IMG/VR virus record: IMGVR_UViG_3300012920_000042
Coordinates: 1-59,817 of that record
Direction: 5' to 3' (one strand)
DNA from: a virus
Lineage: Duplodnaviria; Caudoviricetes
Length of the DNA: 59,817 bases
Shown here: piece by piece, positions 8,493 through 18,539 of the stretch
Position numbering within the stretch: position 1 is the first letter of the stretch
Layout: each line of letters opens with the position of its first letter
Position numbers and translations under genes: made by a program
Notes under the pieces: generated by a model
Told to the model about the DNA's origin: nothing
What the model saw: only the letters and a program-made list of their open reading frames with translations
Databases searched by the model: none

Positions 8493-9035
8493 ATGGTAGA
8501 TGCAGTAAAAAATTATGGCTTAACAGGTGTAGCAAAAGAAGTTGAACTTGGAAAGTCAGGCAACAAGATTGATGGTGAAACAAGCAGTTCAAAGATTAGT
8601 CTTAGAAATAATTCCGATGCCTTGATAAGAGCCGAGATTGCCGATGGAACTGAATCTACCCATGCTGTAACTCAAAGCCAATTAGATTCCATACAGTCCA
8701 GTAAAGTAGGTGTTAGCGAACATACAGTTAATTTTGATGACAGCAGTCCAGTAACATTATGTACTGTGAATGCTGGTACAAGAGTATTAAGTGTAACAAT
8801 GGAAAAAGGTACAGGTAACTGGACCAATGCAACTGCAACTACAAATATCACAGTAGGAGATGCGGCAGACCCAGATAGACTGTTTACTTCATTTGATTAT
8901 GAAGGTGCTCAAGTAATTGATCAAACAGATCATACTTACTCTGCACAAACAGCCTTAATTGCTACTATTACACAAGGTGGTGCAACAGCAGGTACGGCTA
9001 CAATATTAGTTAGATACGCAGGTTCATTAGCATAA
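8493..9035 (+). CDS. Putative virion decoration/spike protein (paralog B)
   Basis: VELGKSG and IADGTESTHAVTQSQLD shared with paralog A; AGGAG SD. Confidence 0.55.
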   Translation: MVDAVKNYGLTGVAKEVELGKSGNKIDGETSSSKISLRNNSDALIRAEIADGTESTHAVTQSQLDSIQSSKVGVSEHTVNFDDSSPVTLCTVNAGTRVLSVTMEKGTGNWTNATATTNITVGDAADPDRLFTSFDYEGAQVIDQTDHTYSAQTALIATITQGGATAGTATILVRYAGSLA

Positions 9036-9038
9036 GAT

Positions 9039-9695
9039 ATGAAGTTGTCGGACATCAAACTCGAGGCCAAGAAACCTAAGCAGGTTAAAGCCAAAAGTAA
9101 AAAGCCAAAGATAGTAAAACCAAATAAGGGTGGTAGTTCAAAACACCCTTATAGAGGTTCGCTTGTTGGTGAAGATTTAACTAGACGTCAAGCAATTAAA
9201 GGTTTAAGAGATGCTATAGGAGACTTCCTTGATTTTACAAAAGGTCAAGGCATGATATCTATTGCAGATGTACAACAAAACTTTGATCAGTTAGCATTAA
9301 AGTTTTATAATTTAACAGGCACAAACTTTACAGAAGGTAAAAAGCCTGAACTTCCAAAACAAAACAATCCAGTAGCAAAACACTCTCGCAATAAGAGTGG
9401 TGCTGGTGCTCACAAATCACCAAAAGATTATGACAGAAGAAAGGAAAAGCAGGATCTAAGAAAACAATTAGACGAAGCACCTTTAGTCATGCATCTAAAA
9501 GACGCAGACAATATTGCCATAGATAAAACAGATAAGTGGTTAAAATCACACTATGAAAAAGGCAATCCAGAGAAAAAAATGTCTGCGTACAAAAAACTAG
9601 GGAACCTAGTTGGTTATGAGATATCCCCGAGAGGCGAGGATACTGTTATTTTCAAAAGATTTTTCACACAGACAGAGAATAAAAAAAATAAATAA
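9039..9695 (+). CDS. Basic modular protein with capsid-targeting-like N-terminus
   Basis: MKLSDIKLE|A; internal LVGE, FTE, LDE boundaries; NNPVAKH..NKSGAGAHK module. Confidence 0.6.
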   Translation: MKLSDIKLEAKKPKQVKAKSKKPKIVKPNKGGSSKHPYRGSLVGEDLTRRQAIKGLRDAIGDFLDFTKGQGMISIADVQQNFDQLALKFYNLTGTNFTEGKKPELPKQNNPVAKHSRNKSGAGAHKSPKDYDRRKEKQDLRKQLDEAPLVMHLKDADNIAIDKTDKWLKSHYEKGNPEKKMSAYKKLGNLVGYEISPRGEDTVIFKRFFTQTENKKNK

Positions 9696-9710
9696 TTAAG
9701 GAGTGCAATC

Positions 9711-9896
9711 ATGAATTATTTAAATTTAGCAAAAGACTGGGTCATGGCTAGACTCGGTGAAAGAACATCATGGGACGGCGGTGTTATTATAGCAGTAAGT
9801 ATACTGGCTCTAATCGCAAGTCCAATGATTAAGTGGGCCGCATGGGCAGGTTTGCTCTACGGTGCATGGGCCATCTATAAGGAAGAATCTAAATAA
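9711..9896 (+). CDS. Small two-TM membrane protein
   Basis: ERTSWDG followed by hydrophobic helices; AAGGAG SD. Confidence 0.75.
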   Translation: MNYLNLAKDWVMARLGERTSWDGGVIIAVSILALIASPMIKWAAWAGLLYGAWAIYKEESK

Positions 9897-9929
9897 AATT
9901 AATTTTTCCTTTCTTTGATAAATACTACT

Positions 9930-12605
9930 ATGAACCTCAAAGACATAGTAGTATTATCAGAGACACCAGAAGACGAAGCCTTACTGGATAAGGCCGAGTC
10001 TGCATTTGCTCAGGTCAGAGCAACAACCAAAGATATAAAATATGATGATACAGCCATTGAGATATTATCTAAAGTGGGTACTATTGCTGATGAACTAAGT
10101 CAAGAGGAAGTATTGCAAGAACTTGAATACTTAGAAAGAGCAGTATTCGACGCAAAAAACAAATTAGAATCTACAGTATACGGATTAGAAGAACCTTTTG
10201 AGGATTTAATTCGCACACTAAGAAATAAAATCGACGATGAAGAATTAGATCGAGAGTATAACGAAGAAAGTAAATTTGCTCAACCACAACCAAAAGGCAA
10301 AAGCATGTTAGATTTCATGCGTGAGCCTCCGCAAGAAAAGTTCCAATATAAAAAACACGAAAGTCCTTTAACAAACTTTGACAAGTATTTTAAATATTTC
10401 TTAGTTCCAAGAGGACTTAAAGTAGATTATCAAGAAGCATGGAATGACTTTAAAAAGGAATTTGGTCACATGTTTCCTCAAGATGATAATCCAAACTTCA
10501 TGGACGAAACAGCAATGGCAAACCCTGCCTTAGATGCCGAGTTTATTCAGTGGTTAGCAAAGAAAGGTGAAAACAGCCTATTCGCGTATAGATTAGGTGA
10601 TATAGATGACCCTGAGATAATGAACTTATTAAAGCAAGAGTATTATCAAGAGAAAGGACTTTATCCAGGTGATGGTGGTGCTACTGCCACTGATGCCGCA
10701 AAAGCAAGAGCAAAAGCGGCTGGCGATAGTTTACAAACTCACAGTATGCACGAAGATGAAGAAAACATGATTGGCGAGCCTGATGATTACTATGATGCTG
10801 AAGAAAGAAAAGAAGCATACCAAGAACTTAAAGATGCATTACAAGGCAACTACATGGACGACTATATCAAAGTTGGGGCATGTCCTAACTGTGCTGGTAC
10901 TGGTTATCAAGATGCTGAAGATGAAGTATGGGACGATGAAGAAGGCGAGTACGTTGAAGGAAACGAATGTGATGGCTTTGGTAGATACGGTTGTGATGAA
11001 GGTGAAATGATGGGTGCTAGTTGGGTTGACATTGTTAAACATGATGAACGTCAAGCAGAACGTAAAGCATTAAGAGACAAACCACAACCAAGCGACGACT
11101 TGCTGTACAAGTCTGCAAAACATTTACATAAAGAATACGTTATCGACAGAGGTACACATAACGCATTTGAAATAAGCAATTTATTAAGACAGATGTACCC
11201 AGAAATAAGTAAGCCGAAGGCTAGGGAAATAGGTGCTAAAGTGTTAGGTGATTATAAACAAGAAAGTATACAAGAAGGTGTTAAAAGTGAGAAAGCAGTA
11301 AGAATATTAGTAGACATGTTCGATGATGGTCTTGATAATTTTAGCAGTGAAGAAGAATTAGAATCAGCAGTAAGCTCAGAAGCGGGAAGATTAACATACC
11401 AACTAGGCGACTTCGATATAGGTAAAGCAACTGAAGATGCTTTGACTATACTCAGAGACTATAACATGGATGACTATCCAGGCTCCATTGACAGAGATTA
11501 CGATGCTAGATATGAAGATGTAGCACAAGGCTACATAACATTTTCTGATTTTATTAAAAAAGCAAAACAGACTCAAGAATTTAAAGTAATTAGAGATAAA
11601 GAACTTATGCTAAAAGCATATGAACTATTTTCAAAAGGTGTTGCTAAAACACCAGACGAAGCAATTGGTATGGCACAGGCACACATGGATAATATGGCTT
11701 ACGAAGGTAAGTCACCACATAAAAAAGGCACAAAGAAATATAAGAAACACATGGCGGCTATGCATGCCGGTGAAAGTGTATTAAGTGGACCTACAAAGAA
11801 GAATATGAGACTTAAAGAGTTAAGTCCTGCAAGAGATAATAGTGCAAACGAACAGAAAGTTGCTGAACTAATTAAAAAAGCAATCAAAGATCCTAAAGGT
11901 GAAGATGCATATGATTTATATGCAGAACTAGAAAGTGAGAATCCTGAACTTGCTGACTTATACAAAGATGTAGCATTACATCAATACGAAGTTAATCTCG
12001 AAGAAGGCAAAGGTGCAATCAGAGGCGGACTTGCCGCTTTATTGCTTTTACTAGGATTGAATACAGCGAACGAATTCACAAGTGCTAAGAATACACCATT
12101 AGGACAAGACTTAAAAGTAGCGGCACAACAAGCCGGAGAACATGCCGACATTGCTAAGTTTTATTACAAGAACTTAGATCTCTATGTTGAAGAAAACGAC
12201 ATGAGAACATTAGTAAACTTAAAAATAATGTTCGATAATGATGACCCAAGATTCGATCCAGCAAGAGATGATGTTGAAGATTTTCTCAGAAATCAAGCAA
12301 GATTGCCTGAGCCAACTAACGAAAGAAAGTTTAGAGATCAAGGTGTAATGGATGTTGTTACAGACAGAAGAGGCAAAGAGTTTAAGTTTGATAAAGATAG
12401 CAAACAGTTCAAATCATTAGATGGTGAAATAGCAGATCCTAAAACTCCATTAGGTAAAGATTTGATGAGACTTAGAAAAAATCAAATGAAGAGAACAACA
12501 CCAAGTTACAATGCAAAACTTAAAACACCGGGTGGACTTAAAACTGTAAGCAAAGAAGGTTGGAGTCCAGAGCAAGCCGGAAGAAAGTATTGGTGGTCTA
12601 AATAA
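9930..12605 (+). CDS. Large acidic modular protein (putative head-internal polyprotein)
   Basis: Start ATG 9930 at ATAAATA-N5; MNLKDIVVLSE|; CxxCxGxG module; GKSPHKKGTKKYKKHMAAMHA module. Confidence 0.65.
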   Translation: MNLKDIVVLSETPEDEALLDKAESAFAQVRATTKDIKYDDTAIEILSKVGTIADELSQEEVLQELEYLERAVFDAKNKLESTVYGLEEPFEDLIRTLRNKIDDEELDREYNEESKFAQPQPKGKSMLDFMREPPQEKFQYKKHESPLTNFDKYFKYFLVPRGLKVDYQEAWNDFKKEFGHMFPQDDNPNFMDETAMANPALDAEFIQWLAKKGENSLFAYRLGDIDDPEIMNLLKQEYYQEKGLYPGDGGATATDAAKARAKAAGDSLQTHSMHEDEENMIGEPDDYYDAEERKEAYQELKDALQGNYMDDYIKVGACPNCAGTGYQDAEDEVWDDEEGEYVEGNECDGFGRYGCDEGEMMGASWVDIVKHDERQAERKALRDKPQPSDDLLYKSAKHLHKEYVIDRGTHNAFEISNLLRQMYPEISKPKAREIGAKVLGDYKQESIQEGVKSEKAVRILVDMFDDGLDNFSSEEELESAVSSEAGRLTYQLGDFDIGKATEDALTILRDYNMDDYPGSIDRDYDARYEDVAQGYITFSDFIKKAKQTQEFKVIRDKELMLKAYELFSKGVAKTPDEAIGMAQAHMDNMAYEGKSPHKKGTKKYKKHMAAMHAGESVLSGPTKKNMRLKELSPARDNSANEQKVAELIKKAIKDPKGEDAYDLYAELESENPELADLYKDVALHQYEVNLEEGKGAIRGGLAALLLLLGLNTANEFTSAKNTPLGQDLKVAAQQAGEHADIAKFYYKNLDLYVEENDMRTLVNLKIMFDNDDPRFDPARDDVEDFLRNQARLPEPTNERKFRDQGVMDVVTDRRGKEFKFDKDSKQFKSLDGEIADPKTPLGKDLMRLRKNQMKRTTPSYNAKLKTPGGLKTVSKEGWSPEQAGRKYWWSK

Positions 12606-12620
12606 CATATAAATAGTAGC

Positions 12621-13160
12621 ATGTTGCATGTTACTGAATTAGATTACAAAACAAACCCACAACGTTTAAAAGAAGAACTAGATAGTTTACTAGAGGACGT
12701 TGGATTTGCAAATCCTAATCAACTAACACTAACTAGTGTACTTGGTAACAATCAATGGACAGAAAGCACAGGTAAAATACAGCATTTACAATATCCTGAA
12801 AAAGCATACAGCCAAATAAACGAACGTCTCAAAGGCACTTACTTTGAAGAAATCATAAACCAGTTTCCATCATATACACGTTGGAGATTATTAAAATTAC
12901 CTTCCCACAATAACTACAGTATTCATTCTGATAGCGACAATGGTAAAATGAATATTAGATGTCATATACCAGTTGTTACTAATCCTGATGCATACTTGAT
13001 GTTTTTTGATGAAAGAACAAAGCCAAAGATGTATCATTTAGAAGTAGGCAATGCATATGAAGTAAACACAACAGGTTTACATAGTGCAATTAATTTTGGA
13101 TGGCAAGATAGATATCACATAGTTGGAGTAAGATATGAAAATAGCAATAACAGGACATAG
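12621..13160 (+). CDS. Aspartyl/asparaginyl beta-hydroxylase-like 2OG-Fe(II) oxygenase
   Basis: HSD, RCHIPVVTN, HSAIN, DRYH motifs. Confidence 0.8.
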   Translation: MLHVTELDYKTNPQRLKEELDSLLEDVGFANPNQLTLTSVLGNNQWTESTGKIQHLQYPEKAYSQINERLKGTYFEEIINQFPSYTRWRLLKLPSHNNYSIHSDSDNGKMNIRCHIPVVTNPDAYLMFFDERTKPKMYHLEVGNAYEVNTTGLHSAINFGWQDRYHIVGVRYENSNNRT

Positions 13161-13674
13161 TAAAGGCATAGGTAAAGCATTATACGATACTTTGTCTGCT
13201 GAACATGAAGTCGAAGGCTTTAGCAGAAGCAATGGATTTGATATACAGAATACAAACCTCATTGTGAGAGCAGTAAAAGGTTTTGATGTATTTGTAAACA
13301 ATGCTTACTTTGATTTAAAGCAGGTAGACATACTTAATAGTTTATGGCAGAAATGGAAATATGATGAGACTAAAACTATTGTAAACATCAGTAGTATGAG
13401 TAAGTATCCAGGACTCAGTGGAAACGAAACAGGTTATTCTGCACACAAGGCCGCACTATCACATCAAGCATTTTTATTAATGTTTTCTGACAGGCAACGC
13501 AAGTGCAGAATGATAAATGTAAATCCAGGTTATGTAGAAACAAACATGACTTCTAGTAATCATGGAAAAGTAAACATGCTAACACCCGAAGAGAGTGTAC
13601 AGCCGATTGCATTTGCAATAAATCAACCACAACATATAGAAATAGGCGAATTAAGTATCTGGCGACCTTTCTGA
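13135..13674 (+). CDS. Short-chain dehydrogenase/reductase
   Basis: TGHSKGIG, NNA, NISS, YSAHK, NPGYVET. Confidence 0.9.
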   Translation: MKIAITGHSKGIGKALYDTLSAEHEVEGFSRSNGFDIQNTNLIVRAVKGFDVFVNNAYFDLKQVDILNSLWQKWKYDETKTIVNISSMSKYPGLSGNETGYSAHKAALSHQAFLLMFSDRQRKCRMINVNPGYVETNMTSSNHGKVNMLTPEESVQPIAFAINQPQHIEIGELSIWRPF

Positions 13675-13685
13675 TAAATAGTAAT

Positions 13686-16124
13686 ATGAGAAAGGTTATT
13701 ATATATCCAGGAAGATTCCAACCAATGCTACCGCATCATGCGGAAGTGTTTAGGCAACTACAAAGCCAAAATCCAGATGCTGAAGTATATATTGCAACTG
13801 CAAACAAAGTAGAGGCAGGTAAGTCTCCTTTTGATGCACAGGAAAAAATCAGCATCATGACTCAACAGCATGATATTCCAGAAGATAAAATTATAATACC
13901 TGCAGGTAATAATCTATACGCAAAAGACTCGTATATAGATGCTTTTTCACCAGCAGATAAAACTGTATTGATATTTGCAGTAGGTGAAAAGGATATGGAA
14001 TCTGGAGATCCTAGATTTCAGTTCAAACCATTAAAGAATGGTGATCCAAGTTATTTGCAAAAAGCACCTGAAAAGATAAATAGTAATAACGTAACTCACA
14101 TGCTCAAACATGGTTATGTAACAACAGCACCAAATGTACCAGGGGTAGACGGTGAAGTAGCAAGTGCAAGTGCATTTAGAAATGCTTTACTTAGTGCTCC
14201 AGACTTAGAAAGTGCTAAAGAAACATATTCAAAGTTTATGGGTGAGTTCAATCAAGAAATATTTGATTTAGTATACGATAAAATAACAGGTAAAATTATG
14301 AAAGAGAACATCGAAATTTTAAAGAAACTGGCAGGTTTGCTAGATGAAGCGCCTGTTGTTTTCAAACCAGGTAAAGGCGGAATGGACTACGAACCTGGCA
14401 TCAGCAAAAAAGATCAAAAGGCGGCCGCAGAAAGGCCAGCCAAAGCGGCGGCTAGTGATCCTAACACAGTAGGATTTAGCAAAATTGCTCCAGAAGATAT
14501 GATTAGTGTTGACACAGGTAAGCCTATCAACAGTAGACAAAGAGCAAGAAGCATGGCTAATCAGTTCCCAGCAGGTGCTGATGTAAATGATCCAGCAGTT
14601 AAAAAAGAAATGTTCCTCAAACTTTTAGCAACTTCTCCAGGCTATGTGCTTGGTGAAATCAATGCTAGACTGGCAACAGATGATGAAGGATTAGCGGCAA
14701 GTGACAGACTAAGTGGTATTGTAGATAACTTACCAGAAGGTGGTATAATGGCACTCAACGATGAAGATCGTAAATGGACATTATCACTTGTAAACAATGC
14801 AATCAACAACATGGAGTTGGCAAGAAAAGATGCAGAACTAGATAAGTTTGATGATTTAGAAGCAGAGCCTGAGCCAGAAATGGACGAGCCTGAAATGGTA
14901 AGCATGGATGATCCAGAGTTTGATGCTCCAGAAGATGAATTAGAAATGGAAGGCTTAGAAACAAAAGAAATGAAAAACTGTGGTTGTGGACTTAGAGTTT
15001 GCAAGACTACAGGATATGTTGATAAATCATTACCTGAATCAATAGAAGAAGCAGATAAGAAAATAGTATCATTTAAAACAAGTGTTGGTATAATGCCTGG
15101 CTATAGTGATCATACTCCATTAGATTTCCAAGACTATTATGATTGGGAAATGAAAACTTCTAAAGACAAACCAAAAGCAAATATTGTTAGTCAAAGATAC
15201 GGAATATACAAATCAGACTTCCAGGCACATCTAAGCGAAAGTGCAAGACAATTAGCAGAACTTAGAAAACTTTCAGGACTTAATGAAGGTGGCGAATGCT
15301 ATCAATGTGATGGCAATGACGAAGATTGTCCACAATGCAAAGGCACAGGATATGTACAATACGATGACGATCCAAATGAACCAAGTGATGAGGAAATACA
15401 GGCTCATGCAGATGCATATGAAATATACAAGAAGCACAGAGATAAAAAAGAAGAATCTGTAGACTTAACATCTGTTATAGAAGACATTGTTGGTGAAGAT
15501 GATTATGATAATAAATATGATTCAGAACCTACAGTAGGTCAAATGAGTTTTGAAGATTTATGTGATTATTTAAATGTTACACCTGAAGAGTGTGAAATGG
15601 ACATCAAAGACTACTACGATGTTGATGAAGTAACAGACGAAGTAATGGACAAGTACAAAGACGATGTATTAATACCAGCGGCAAATGACGTTAGTATGGA
15701 CCATGCAGAATTTGAATCATTAGAAGAATTTGAAACACCAGTTGTTGATGCACCAGAAGAAGATCCAGATGATTTATTCTTAATTATTGACAAAGAAGGA
15801 AATGAAGTAAAAGCAGGTGCTAAATTACCAACAAATCCACCAGCAACAATTTTAAGTGCAATACCACCTACTAAATTAGATCCAGGTGGGATATTAACAA
15901 CAAATGGTAAATTAGGTATTCCTAATGTGTTTGGTTTTGAAGTTAAGAGAAAAGATCGACCAGAACCGAGACAAGGCGAATTAAATTTACCTAAACCAGA
16001 TCCAAAACAACCAGACTTACCTGGTATGAACCCTAAACAACCAAAAAGCGAAGACATAGATACAGCAATAGATAATGCTTTAGAAGAAACTATGTTAGAA
16101 CTTAAGAAACTAGCAGGATTATAA
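13686..16124 (+). CDS. HIGH-superfamily cytidyltransferase-like domain fused to a long acidic modular tail
   Basis: IIYPGRFQPMLPHH, SPF, AVGEKD, SASAFR in the first ~200 aa; three L-x-x-L-[AS]-G-L motifs in the tail. Confidence 0.75.
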   Translation: MRKVIIYPGRFQPMLPHHAEVFRQLQSQNPDAEVYIATANKVEAGKSPFDAQEKISIMTQQHDIPEDKIIIPAGNNLYAKDSYIDAFSPADKTVLIFAVGEKDMESGDPRFQFKPLKNGDPSYLQKAPEKINSNNVTHMLKHGYVTTAPNVPGVDGEVASASAFRNALLSAPDLESAKETYSKFMGEFNQEIFDLVYDKITGKIMKENIEILKKLAGLLDEAPVVFKPGKGGMDYEPGISKKDQKAAAERPAKAAASDPNTVGFSKIAPEDMISVDTGKPINSRQRARSMANQFPAGADVNDPAVKKEMFLKLLATSPGYVLGEINARLATDDEGLAASDRLSGIVDNLPEGGIMALNDEDRKWTLSLVNNAINNMELARKDAELDKFDDLEAEPEPEMDEPEMVSMDDPEFDAPEDELEMEGLETKEMKNCGCGLRVCKTTGYVDKSLPESIEEADKKIVSFKTSVGIMPGYSDHTPLDFQDYYDWEMKTSKDKPKANIVSQRYGIYKSDFQAHLSESARQLAELRKLSGLNEGGECYQCDGNDEDCPQCKGTGYVQYDDDPNEPSDEEIQAHADAYEIYKKHRDKKEESVDLTSVIEDIVGEDDYDNKYDSEPTVGQMSFEDLCDYLNVTPEECEMDIKDYYDVDEVTDEVMDKYKDDVLIPAANDVSMDHAEFESLEEFETPVVDAPEEDPDDLFLIIDKEGNEVKAGAKLPTNPPATILSAIPPTKLDPGGILTTNGKLGIPNVFGFEVKRKDRPEPRQGELNLPKPDPKQPDLPGMNPKQPKSEDIDTAIDNALEETMLELKKLAGL

Positions 16125-16125
16125 A

Positions 16126-16557
16126 ATGAACGAAATAGAAAAGTTACAACAGTTAGCGGGTATTACCCCTACAATTATAGAGCAACCTCGTTCAACTACA
16201 CTATTAGACGAAGTTGATCTCAATGAGAAAGACGCAGGTGATAGTGACAATGCTAAATTAGCCATAGGTCATGTAGACAATGAAAGAGATATGATCAGAC
16301 GTGATCTATATGAGATGGGCAAATATAGTGTTGAGTTATTCCAAATGCTTAGTGAATTACCAGATTCAGACTTTCCACATTGGTGGCAAGCAAAACTTAC
16401 AAAAGCAAAAACATATATCGGCGATTGCAAACATTACTTAGAAAATTCTTTAGAAGTATCACCAGGTGATGATATGACTGACGATGGTTCACAAGGTACA
16501 GTTGATGTTGTTGACCCAGACTATCAAGACGATTTAGACCCAAGCGGCGTAAGTTAA
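16126..16557 (+). CDS. Hypothetical head-associated protein
   Basis: KLQQLAGI motif; PHWWQAKLTKAKTYI helix. Confidence 0.6.
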   Translation: MNEIEKLQQLAGITPTIIEQPRSTTLLDEVDLNEKDAGDSDNAKLAIGHVDNERDMIRRDLYEMGKYSVELFQMLSELPDSDFPHWWQAKLTKAKTYIGDCKHYLENSLEVSPGDDMTDDGSQGTVDVVDPDYQDDLDPSGVS

Positions 16558-17396
16558 CCTTTATTCTTAACTAATTCAGCACCATATTCAGGCCAAAATC
16601 TGCCTGCTCTTGGACCACCATTTCCTGTACCATCTGATTCTCCAGGTATCTTTATCCACAAATAAGCATCACATTCTGGTAAACCAGTGTCTGTAGTAGG
16701 TGGCTCTCCTAGTGCTCTTCCCGGAGGATTACACCACTCGTTTCCATAAGGACCATTGCCATTACGACTCGTATCGACTACAAAATGTTTGTTAGACGTG
16801 TTCTCTGTAACTCTAAGAGCCCATTTAATACTCTCTTCTGTAGTTCTAAAGTTACTTACATTTACACTAAATCCGCGTACATGTTTATTAGTAACCGAGT
16901 TTAAAAGTCTACCTGCAACATCTGGTTCTAGCCAATTACTATGTCCTATATCAACATAGACTAATGCATTGCTGTTTGTAGTTAAAACTTCTATGCCTGC
17001 TCTCATTAGCCTAATACGAAACTCTTTATCCTCTTTGTCCATTAGTGTACTATGAGGTAAAGCATCGGGCTCAAATATAACAATAGGTTTATGATCACCT
17101 ATTCCATTACAAAATTGATATAAAAAATCTATGTATTCTTGCTCACCACTTGCACCACCTTTACTGTAGTGTCCCATATCACGTGAGGGTAAATTATAGA
17201 TTACAAATACAGGAAGTTGAGGAAGTGTTCTTTTAAGTAAACGTTCTATGCCTTTGTGTAGATCTTTACAGGCTTTGCCATTACGTTGCCCATACCAAAA
17301 AGATACAGGGTGTTTAAATATTTCGCTTACTTCAGGGTGTGTTAGTTTGTGATCTTTAACTCTGTCGAAGTTATTAACAAAGAATGGATAGTCCAT
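16554..17396 (-). CDS. Glycoside hydrolase family 6 (cellulase-like)
   Basis: YNLPSRD, IFEPDAL, YVDIGHSNW, NVSNF, VDTSRNG, WCNPPG, WIKIPGESDG. Confidence 0.92.
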   Translation of the reverse strand: MDYPFFVNNFDRVKDHKLTHPEVSEIFKHPVSFWYGQRNGKACKDLHKGIERLLKRTLPQLPVFVIYNLPSRDMGHYSKGGASGEQEYIDFLYQFCNGIGDHKPIVIFEPDALPHSTLMDKEDKEFRIRLMRAGIEVLTTNSNALVYVDIGHSNWLEPDVAGRLLNSVTNKHVRGFSVNVSNFRTTEESIKWALRVTENTSNKHFVVDTSRNGNGPYGNEWCNPPGRALGEPPTTDTGLPECDAYLWIKIPGESDGTGNGGPRAGRFWPEYGAELVKNKG

Positions 17397-17405
17397 AAAC
17401 TATCC

Positions 17406-17711
17406 TTACTCAAATAACGGTGCTAGTTCGTTGCTGTTATGCATTTCAGTAATAATATCACAACCGCCAACTAGTTCACCTTTAATAAACAGTTGAGGGA
17501 AAGTAGGCCAATCGCTCACACTAGGCAAGTTTGCTCTGATACCTGGGTCTTCTAACACATCTACATAACTAAAAGGCTTACCTACTTCAATAAGTATTTG
17601 AATTACCTTACCACTGAATCCACACTTTGGTTGATGTGGAGTACCTTTCATAAACAAGATTGCATCATTATCGGCAATCATTTCTTTGATTTGTTCTTTA
17701 ACTGTTTCCAT
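17406..17711 (-). CDS. grxD: Monothiol glutaredoxin (Grx4)
   Basis: LFMKGTP..PKCGFS, WPTFPQLFIKGELVGGCDI. Confidence 0.93.
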   Translation of the reverse strand: METVKEQIKEMIADNDAILFMKGTPHQPKCGFSGKVIQILIEVGKPFSYVDVLEDPGIRANLPSVSDWPTFPQLFIKGELVGGCDIITEMHNSNELAPLFE

Positions 17712-18243
17712 TTTTTTGCATTCTCAATAGTTTTTTAACTGTTTTTTCTCTCTTTGCTATCGCACGTTGCAATTTCATATCACTTGCATACTCTAAGAAT
17801 AGTAATCCTTCTAGGTGGTCATATTCGTGCTGAAAGCATTGAGCGTCAGTGCCTGTTAGTTCCATTTCATGTTCTTTTTGAAATTGGTCTTGAAACTTAA
17901 CTACACAACTTGCTGGTCTTGTAACCATAAAAAACAGCAAAGGAAATGTTAAACAACCTTCTTCTCGACAAGCAGTTTCTTCTGATCTAGAAATTATTTC
18001 AGGATTGTAAACACCAATATCTCCTAGTGTAGAATGTGTCATTACAAACATTCTGTAACTTGCACCTAACTGAGGAGCCGCTAAACCTAATCCAAACTTA
18101 TCATGCATAAGTTGGAGCATTTCTTTTTGTCTTTCTGCCCAATCTACATTTTTATCAGTAAACGGATCTATGTCCGCTCTCTGGTGTAGTGCTTGGTGAT
18201 TTGGTTGTACTAACATACTTTTATTTATGCTGTATGTTTGCAC
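17698..18243 (-). CDS. def: Peptide deformylase
   Basis: GLGLAAPQLG, EGCLT, QHEYDHLEG. Confidence 0.93.
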   Translation of the reverse strand: MQTYSINKSMLVQPNHQALHQRADIDPFTDKNVDWAERQKEMLQLMHDKFGLGLAAPQLGASYRMFVMTHSTLGDIGVYNPEIISRSEETACREEGCLTFPLLFFMVTRPASCVVKFQDQFQKEHEMELTGTDAQCFQHEYDHLEGLLFLEYASDMKLQRAIAKREKTVKKLLRMQKNGNS

Positions 18244-18539
18244 TTACCTCTAAACGTGAACCCAGGGCAAGAACATTTACCATCTTGTATGTAGTAAATT
18301 TTACCATTACTGCCCTCAACTTGTACAACATCCTGTGCAAGTTCTTCTGGACGCTCGCCTATCTTCACGAATTTTCTTCGCGACTTGGAGAACTGTTTGC
18401 TAGGCGATTTAAGAACTTGCACCTCAGAGTCTTGGTTAATTTGATAGGCAACTAATTGGCCTGCACCATTTACATGATACACACCATTGTTTACTTTGAA
18501 TCTACCCCAATCAGTAGTTTCTTGCAGTATTTCTATCAT
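18225..18539 (-). CDS. SWIM zinc-finger protein
   Basis: C-terminal CSCPGF..RGKCKH. Confidence 0.7.
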   Translation of the reverse strand: MIEILQETTDWGRFKVNNGVYHVNGAGQLVAYQINQDSEVQVLKSPSKQFSKSRRKFVKIGERPEELAQDVVQVEGSNGKIYYIQDGKCSCPGFTFRGKCKHTA

